Positions 58,032 through 64,000 of a stretch of 64,000 nt of DNA are shown here, piece by piece. Made by a program: the position numbers and the translations under genes. The stretch is from Cytophagaceae bacterium (GTDB taxonomy: Bacteria; Bacteroidota; Bacteroidia; Cytophagales; UBA9547): contig JAIYAU010000042.1 in NCBI GenBank assembly GCA_027488865.1, forward strand, positions 130,170 to 194,169, read 5' to 3'. Below the pieces are notes generated by a model. The model worked only from the letters and a program-made list of their open reading frames with translations, searched no databases and was not told the DNA's origin. The stretch's first letter is position 1. Every line of letters starts with the position of its first letter.

Positions 58032-58601
58032 TTATGCTCCTGTCACTACTTTTGCAAAACGAATAAGTTTGTCATTTAAAAAGTATCCTTTTTCCACTTC
58101 ATCTACTACCTTACCTTTTAATTCAGGGCTTGGTGAGGGTATTTGTGTAATAGCTTCATGTAATTCGCTATCAAACACTTGACCAATTGACTCTAAGGGT
58201 TTTAAGCCTTTTGATTCTAATGACTTAAACAATTTATTAAAGACCAAATTTAAACCTTCTTTGACGGCAGTTACATCAGATGCTTCTCCAATGGATTTTT
58301 GAGCACGCTCACAATCATCCAAAACGGGTAGTAATGCAATAACTATATCTTTGTTGGCTATTTGTGAAAGTTCAATTTTTTCTTTTGCCGTTCTTCGCTT
58401 ATAATTATCAAACTCCGAGTACAAGCGTAAGTACTTGTCTTTTTGTTCTTCTAGTTCTTTTTTTATAGTTTCAATAGCTGACGATTCGTCAGAAACTTCT
58501 TCTTTGTCAGATTCAACAGAAGCGGATTCGTTAAATATAGCTTCCTCTTGTTGTGTTTCTGTATTTTCAGTTGATTGATTTTCAGTATTTTGCTCTATCA
58601 T
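58032..58601 (-). CDS. grpE: Nucleotide exchange factor GrpE
   Basis: Acidic N-terminus, [14 protein letters not shown] and a C-terminal beta domain. Located immediately upstream of dnaJ. Confidence 0.9.
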   Translation of the reverse strand: MIEQNTENQSTENTETQQEEAIFNESASVESDKEEVSDESSAIETIKKELEEQKDKYLRLYSEFDNYKRRTAKEKIELSQIANKDIVIALLPVLDDCERAQKSIGEASDVTAVKEGLNLVFNKLFKSLESKGLKPLESIGQVFDSELHEAITQIPSPSPELKGKVVDEVEKGYFLNDKLIRFAKVVTGA

Positions 58602-58684
58602 GATGTTAATATTTCGATGAAACTCCTAAACTACTACTTTTATTTCAATAATGTTGCCAAATGCCTAAGCTGACAACTTGTCTT

Positions 58685-59677
58685 TTAGTCATTTAACTCT
58701 TTCCAAAGTAAATCTTTTAATTTATCTAGTTGAAATGTGGTTACAGCTGAAATAAAAACAGATGGAAGTGTTCGTGGTAGTTCTTTTTTCATCTGTTTCA
58801 TAAGCTCTTCATCCAACATGTCCGATTTTGTAATTGCCAAAACCCTTTTTTTATCTAAAAGTTCGGGATTGTACTTTTTAAGTTCATTTACCAAAACTTT
58901 ATACTCTTTCTTAATATCTTTGGAATCTGCAGGTATGGCAAACAACAACAAAGAGTTTCTTTCAATATGTTTTAAAAATCTTAAGCCCAAGCCTTTGCCT
59001 TCCGCTGCACCTTCTATAATTCCTGGAATGTCTGCCATTACAAAAGATTTATAGTCTCTATATGAAACCACCCCTAAGTTGGGAGTTAAAGTGGTAAATG
59101 GATAATCGGCAATTTCTGGTTTGGCAGCGGACAACACAGAAAGTAAGGTAGACTTACCAGCGTTAGGAAAACCTACCAATCCTACATCGGCCAGTACTTT
59201 AAGTTCTAGAATAATCCATTCTTCAATGCCTTGTTCACCAGGTTGTGCATATCGAGGTGTTTGGTTAGTGGGTGATTTAAATTTATCATTGCCTAATCCA
59301 CCTCGTCCACCTTTTGTTACTATTACCTCTTGGCCATCTTGCGTAATCTCGCAACGAATTTCACCTGTTTCAAAGTCCTTTACAACGGTACCTAATGGTA
59401 CTTCTACGATTTCATCATTGCCAGATTTACCTGTCATGCGATTTTCGCCACCGCCATGACCCATTTCAGCAATTATGTGCTTTCTATACTTTAAATGGAG
59501 CAAAGTCCATAATTGAGCATTCCCACGAACAATAATATGACCACCACGCCCGCCATCACCACCATCGGGACCTCCTTTAATAATTCCTTTGGCTCTATAA
59601 AGGTGTGACGACCCTGCCCCGCCTTTACCACTTCGGAAACAAAGTTTAACATAGTCTATAAAGTTTTCTGAAGCCAT
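58685..59677 (-). CDS. obg: GTPase Obg
   Basis: Glycine-rich Obg fold (GGDGGRGG), G1 motif GFPNAGKST and DIPGIIEGA. Confidence 0.95.
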   Translation of the reverse strand: MASENFIDYVKLCFRSGKGGAGSSHLYRAKGIIKGGPDGGDGGRGGHIIVRGNAQLWTLLHLKYRKHIIAEMGHGGGENRMTGKSGNDEIVEVPLGTVVKDFETGEIRCEITQDGQEVIVTKGGRGGLGNDKFKSPTNQTPRYAQPGEQGIEEWIILELKVLADVGLVGFPNAGKSTLLSVLSAAKPEIADYPFTTLTPNLGVVSYRDYKSFVMADIPGIIEGAAEGKGLGLRFLKHIERNSLLLFAIPADSKDIKKEYKVLVNELKKYNPELLDKKRVLAITKSDMLDEELMKQMKKELPRTLPSVFISAVTTFQLDKLKDLLWKELND

Positions 59678-59730
59678 TGGCGGATTTAACCTAAGTGAAA
59701 TGTATTATAATGAATTGATTTCTTGAAATT

Positions 59731-59763
59731 AAAAATGCTTTGGAGGTACCCTTCAAAGCATTT
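59731..59763 (-). terminator. Rho-independent terminator of adk
   Basis: AATGCTTTG / CAAAGCATT 9-bp stem with an 11-nt loop, followed on the minus strand by a T-rich tract. Confidence 0.55.
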
Positions 59764-59798
59764 TAGAACCTAGTTGTTCGTTTTTATAGGATTGTAAT

Positions 59799-60374
59799 CT
59801 ATCGAAATGAGTCGATTGCGTCGCTTATTTGTTCAAAAATGTAGTCGATTTCTCCGATGCCGTAGATGCCTTTAAATTTACCTTGATTTTTATAAAATTC
59901 AGCCACAGGCAAGGTCTCATCATAATAAACTTTAATTCTTGTATTTATTTTATCTTCCTCTTGGTCGTCTGCACGGCCTGAAGTCTTGCCTCTTTCTCTA
60001 ATTCTGCGTTTTAATTCCTCTTCTTCTACCTCTAGGGCAACCATGCCCGAAATTGGTAGGTTTTTGGCATTTAACATATTGTCTAAAGCTTCAGCTTGAG
60101 TAACTGTGCGCGGGAATCCGTCAAAAATAAATCCATTTGCAGTTAGATTTTCATTTATTTTGTCTTCAACCATACCAATCACCACAGCATCAGGAACTAA
60201 CATTCCCTCATTGATGTATCTTTTGGCAAGAACACCTAGTTCAGTACCTTCAGTAAGATGCTTGCGAAACAAGTCGCCAGTTGACAAATGGAGTAAATTA
60301 TATTTTTCAATGATTTTTTCACTTTGGGTTCCTTTACCTGCGCCTGGAGGGCCGAATAGTACAATATTTAGCAT
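59799..60374 (-). CDS. adk: Adenylate kinase
   Basis: MLNIVLFGPPGAGKGTQ P-loop. The short LID lacks zinc Cys residues. Start taken at the Met preceding the P-loop (60374). Confidence 0.9.
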   Translation of the reverse strand: MLNIVLFGPPGAGKGTQSEKIIEKYNLLHLSTGDLFRKHLTEGTELGVLAKRYINEGMLVPDAVVIGMVEDKINENLTANGFIFDGFPRTVTQAEALDNMLNAKNLPISGMVALEVEEEELKRRIRERGKTSGRADDQEEDKINTRIKVYYDETLPVAEFYKNQGKFKGIYGIGEIDYIFEQISDAIDSFR

Positions 60375-60804
60375 TTCTTGTGAGTTAAAATGATAGATAC
60401 AGAAGGACATTTCTGTAAATTAGGATTGCAAAGGTAGGATGATATAGAAAAAGTAAAAAGCTTATTATCAAAAACTTTCCAATTTAGTTATAAAAGAATA
60501 ACCATTCCTTATTTTTTTACTTTTTAATAAATTGGTATTAACTAATTAATAACTTTTTAGGATTTAATCGATAAAACCCGAATACTTCAAATTTTCAATT
60601 AAATAATAATGTTAAATAGAGGTTTAACTCATTATATTTCAATGAACTATGGTTTCTTATAATTTCATAAACGCAATTTATGGGTATATAAGAAATTTTT
60701 ATGAGATTTAGTTTTATCGTTAAGTGTTAGCAGACAATTGCTATTTAAACCATTTGTTTGATATTTAATTATGCTTTTTGGCTAAATTGCGTAAAAATTA
60801 AAGC

Positions 60805-61647
60805 ATGACTAATGACGTTTTTCTCAGTAAATTAAATGATGCTGATTATAAACTAGTAATGAAAATTCGTAAACAAGTGGGTAATATACTCACTAGATAT
60901 GAACTAATCCAGCCAAATGATAAGGTAATGGTTTGTTTATCAGGAGGGAAAGATAGTTATACTATGCTTGATATGCTTTTGTATGCCAAAACAAAAGCTC
61001 CGTTTCATTTTGATATTGTTGCCGTAAACTTAGATCAAAAGCAACCCAATTATCCTGAACATATATTGCCAACATATTTAAAGAACTTGGGAGTTGATTA
61101 TAAAATAGTTGAACGAGATACCTATAGTATAGTAAAATCAAAAGTACCCGAGGGAAAAACCATGTGTAGCTTGTGTTCTCGACTGAGGAGAGGTACGTTA
61201 TACAGTTTGGCTGAAGAGCTTGGTGCATCCAAAATCGCACTTGGACATCATAAGGATGATGCCATCGAAACCTTGTTTTTAAATATGTTTTTTGCAGGCA
61301 AGTTAGAGGCCATGCCGCCGGTTTTTAAGTCTGATGATGGTAAAAATATTGTGATAAGGCCTTTAATTGATGTAAGAGAGTTTGATATTGTTTGTTATGC
61401 AAAGCTCCGTGATTTTCCAATTATTCCTTGTACTCTTTGTGGATCTCAACCAAATATGCAGCGAGGGGTGATAAAAAAGATGATTGCTGATTGGGATTTG
61501 CAATATCCCAATCGTGTAGAAACCATTTTTACCGCATTACAAAATATTCATCCATCGCATCTTTTCGATTCGAATTTATATGATTTTAAAAATTTTAATC
61601 CTATACTGAATCAAAAAGAGATGGAAGTTGATATTGATAATTTCTAA
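60805..61647 (+). CDS. ttcA: tRNA 2-thiocytidine biosynthesis protein TtcA (PP-loop ATPase)
   Basis: SGGKDS PP-loop with the [10 protein letters not shown] and CTLCGSQ cysteine motifs. Confidence 0.85.
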   Translation: MTNDVFLSKLNDADYKLVMKIRKQVGNILTRYELIQPNDKVMVCLSGGKDSYTMLDMLLYAKTKAPFHFDIVAVNLDQKQPNYPEHILPTYLKNLGVDYKIVERDTYSIVKSKVPEGKTMCSLCSRLRRGTLYSLAEELGASKIALGHHKDDAIETLFLNMFFAGKLEAMPPVFKSDDGKNIVIRPLIDVREFDIVCYAKLRDFPIIPCTLCGSQPNMQRGVIKKMIADWDLQYPNRVETIFTALQNIHPSHLFDSNLYDFKNFNPILNQKEMEVDIDNF

Positions 61648-61656
61648 CTACGTTTT

Positions 61657-62505
61657 ATGAAAGTAGCACATTTCATGATGGTTCATAAAGATCCAGTTTC
61701 TGTTAAACGGTTGGTGGATAGGCTAGTTGTTGTTGATGACCATGTTTTTATACATGTAGATGCTAAAGTGGAACAAAATCAATTTGTAAAGTTGATAACG
61801 CATCCAAATGTGTTTTTTGTTCAAAACCGTGTTAATGTTAATTGGGGAGGTTATTCTCAGGTTCAAGCCACTATTGAAGGCATGTGTTACATTTTGGAAA
61901 GAAGTGTTAAATATGACTATATCAATTTTATAAGTGGCCAAGACTATCCTGTAAAACCATTGGCCAAGTTTCATCAATTTTTAGAGCAGCATCTTGGGAG
62001 TGAATTTATTGAGTATATTCATGAGGACGAACGAAAGGAAGTAACCAGGAAAAGGATTTATAAATATAACCTTACTGATTACAATTTTAAAGGCAAATAT
62101 CTAATTCAAAAGGTTTTAAACTTAATTACTCCAAATAGAAAATTTCCAATTCCGTTGTTTAAGATAGTATGGAAAGCCAATTGGTTTATTTTAACTCCGA
62201 GTTGTGTTCGTTATGTAATTGATTTTTTAACTGCTAATCCTAAAATAGTACGATTTTTTAAACTTGGTTGGGGAGTGGATGAATTTGTATTTCAAACAAT
62301 AATTTATAATTCGCCATTTCAAACAAAAATGGTAAATAGAAATTATCGCTATGTAGATTGGTCAGCAGGTGAAGCAAGCCCTAAAACCCTAGGCATAAAT
62401 GATTTGGACAATTTATTAAGTTCAGATGATTTTTTTGCAAGAAAGTTTGACCCAAATCATGATATTGAAATATTAAATCGGCTAGATGTTATTTTAGACG
62501 GTTAA
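61657..62505 (+). CDS. GT14 (core-2/I-branching enzyme family) glycosyltransferase, intact
   Basis: MKVAHFMMVHKDP..., NWGGYSQVQAT, ISGQDYPVKP and DEFVFQTII. Paralogous to the pseudogene at 39546-40527. Confidence 0.75.
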   Translation: MKVAHFMMVHKDPVSVKRLVDRLVVVDDHVFIHVDAKVEQNQFVKLITHPNVFFVQNRVNVNWGGYSQVQATIEGMCYILERSVKYDYINFISGQDYPVKPLAKFHQFLEQHLGSEFIEYIHEDERKEVTRKRIYKYNLTDYNFKGKYLIQKVLNLITPNRKFPIPLFKIVWKANWFILTPSCVRYVIDFLTANPKIVRFFKLGWGVDEFVFQTIIYNSPFQTKMVNRNYRYVDWSAGEASPKTLGINDLDNLLSSDDFFARKFDPNHDIEILNRLDVILDG

Positions 62506-62622
62506 CAAATTTTAGACAAATTGTCCAAAAATTGAACAGTTTGTCTTTTAAATAACATCAATTATTAAAAGTGCTTTAATTATTAATTCGCCAATCTAAG
62601 TAATTTCCTTTTTCCAAATGAA

Positions 62623-63999
62623 TTAATCAAAATATACTTTGTTTAGGTAGAAAACGTTCCTTTTACGTTTTACGTTTTCGTCCTTGGTATTTTTAATTTT
62701 TTGGTAACCCCAAGCAATAAAACATTTGTCATACCAAAAATTGATATCGTTCCCCCATGAATTTTTCAACTTATCATCATCTTTAGAAAGTTCAATAGGT
62801 GTATTTTCCGAGCCATCCTTTAAATTATTACCATCTACAACTTTACTTTTAAGATATCCTCCGTGTGAATATACCATGGTGATGGCAGATCTATCGGTAA
62901 GTACTGCTACACGCTCTTTTAAGTTAAAAGTTAAGATATCCCAGATAGGAAATGACGCATCCCACAACATTTTTCCATCCAAATCGAACTTAGTAATAAT
63001 AGCATGCGTGTATCTGTAGCCATCAAATACCCTTCTTGTTTGGCGTACCGATCTTCCGTTAGCATCTGTTGTGTAATATACCTCTGTATGGTATTCTGGA
63101 TAAAAACATTCACCTACAAAGTAGTAATTATTGTTTTTTAAAATTATTTCATGAGTTAATAAACTGTAGCTAACATCAACGCTTTTGCCTTTTTCTTTTC
63201 GTTTTTCTATTTTCTCTTCAATCTTTTGTTCTGTTTTGGTACTTAAGTAGCCAAAGAAATTTTTAAAATCTGAAAACGGATAGAATTTTATAAATTTCTG
63301 AGAATTATTCACAATTTTACAAAGGTATAATCCATTAGAAGCCATTTGATTTTCCGACATACTAGTGGATATTAAATTGCGTTTGCCATACGTGCCCACT
63401 ATTATCATTTCGTTGGCCGCAGTGTTTGTAATCTCAGCGGTATATAATTCGTTCGCATCATCGGTATCTAGTTTTATAAGGTTTTTCAATTTACCTGTTG
63501 GGTCATATTGTCGTATGAACAATTGTATTCCCGTTTCCTTTTGTTTACCATGAACTAGTGCATTTACTATTCCATTTTTATTATCCACACTTAGGCTAGC
63601 TACTTTTGAGTCGGACTTCTCTCCAGTATTAATTAACTCTAGATTTGATTTACCCGAGCTTAAATTTAGCGTAATTACAAAACCATCTGTTTTCTCATAT
63701 CTCATTGATTTACAAAAGGAAATGGTGCCCAAAGTTAAACAGGTTAGACAACACATTTTACGTTTAAAACGTTTACTAGTGCCAATTTTACCAGCTACGA
63801 AAGCGTTGTTGTTAATAACAACAAAATCCTCAATGGCAGCGTTAATTTCAAGTGGTTGGTTAATGGATTTTATCTCTCCTGATTTAACATCTATTGAAAT
63901 TATTTCATATTCATATCTATAAATATTTGAAAACGTACCTTTTTGTGAAAATAGAATAAACAATTTATTGTCCTGTGAATAATGTTTTACATAGCTCAA
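62623..63999 (-). CDS. Hypothetical protein; ORF is open to the window edge, so the N-terminus is probably missing
   Basis: 458 codons with a stop at 62623. The first codon in the track is TTG at the last full codon of the window. No motif I recognise. Confidence 0.4.
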   Translation of the reverse strand: MSYVKHYSQDNKLFILFSQKGTFSNIYRYEYEIISIDVKSGEIKSINQPLEINAAIEDFVVINNNAFVAGKIGTSKRFKRKMCCLTCLTLGTISFCKSMRYEKTDGFVITLNLSSGKSNLELINTGEKSDSKVASLSVDNKNGIVNALVHGKQKETGIQLFIRQYDPTGKLKNLIKLDTDDANELYTAEITNTAANEMIIVGTYGKRNLISTSMSENQMASNGLYLCKIVNNSQKFIKFYPFSDFKNFFGYLSTKTEQKIEEKIEKRKEKGKSVDVSYSLLTHEIILKNNNYYFVGECFYPEYHTEVYYTTDANGRSVRQTRRVFDGYRYTHAIITKFDLDGKMLWDASFPIWDILTFNLKERVAVLTDRSAITMVYSHGGYLKSKVVDGNNLKDGSENTPIELSKDDDKLKNSWGNDINFWYDKCFIAWGYQKIKNTKDENVKRKRNVFYLNKVYFD

Positions 64000-64000
64000 A

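Noticed and set aside
58602-58684. Looked for a heat-shock operator (CIRCE-like inverted repeat) or terminator between obg and grpE.
   Set aside because: Only a 5-bp GACAA/TTGTC mini-hairpin without a T-tract is present. There is no CIRCE-like element, so obg-grpE-dnaJ may simply be co-transcribed.
60411-60804. An unusually long (~400 bp) divergent intergenic region between adk and ttcA, examined for an sRNA, riboswitch or small ORF.
   Set aside because: I could identify no stable hairpins, conserved-looking motifs or ORFs longer than about 17 codons by eye. This cannot be evaluated further without covariance-model searches.
1-64000. Scanned for CRISPR-like regularly spaced direct repeats, rRNA, integrases/transposases, toxin-antitoxin pairs and known defence-system signatures.
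   Set aside because: None were seen. The only repeats found are the short inverted repeats and paralog fragments reported above.

Overview
AT-rich chromosomal window (about one-third GC by eye) that looks like a Bacteroidota genome. The clues are a PorP/SprF gene, TAnnTTTG-type promoter motifs, almost no Shine-Dalgarno signal and the gene content. All family calls below come from reading motifs in the supplied translations and the DNA; no database search was run. Layout: (1) 0.4-7.0 kb is a tight five-gene cluster of two extended SDR epimerase/dehydratases, two polytopic GT-C-like membrane proteins and a DPM1/ArnC-like GT2. This is my best candidate for an uncharacterised lipid-linked periplasmic glycosylation module. 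(2) 7-13.4 kb holds an orphan PorP/SprF gene, fabG, hisIE, a NUDIX hydrolase, two secreted hypotheticals and a radical SAM/SPASM maturase with no visible substrate gene. (3) 13.5-18.9 kb is a 1803-aa lipoprotein alpha-2-macroglobulin with an intact CIEQ thioester motif. (4) 18.9-48.2 kb is a roughly 29 kb same-strand, ABC-transporter-dependent (Wzm/Wzt) glycan locus. It encodes a 3,4-ketoisomerase/GNAT/aminotransferase set plus Gmd, 13 glycosyltransferase-type genes, five acyl-transfer systems and an AsnB-like amidotransferase. AT-rich non-coding seams interrupt it, and these carry gene relics: a multiply disrupted GT14 pseudogene, a WbsX fragment, a GT32 N-terminal stub and a possible acyltransferase-3 stub. 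(5) 48.3-64 kb is mostly housekeeping (ppc, recX, dnaJ-grpE-obg, adk, ttcA), with two more glycosyltransferases, small lipoproteins and a large hypothetical protein running off the window edge. I found no rRNA, tRNA, CRISPR array, transposase, integrase or recognisable defence system.
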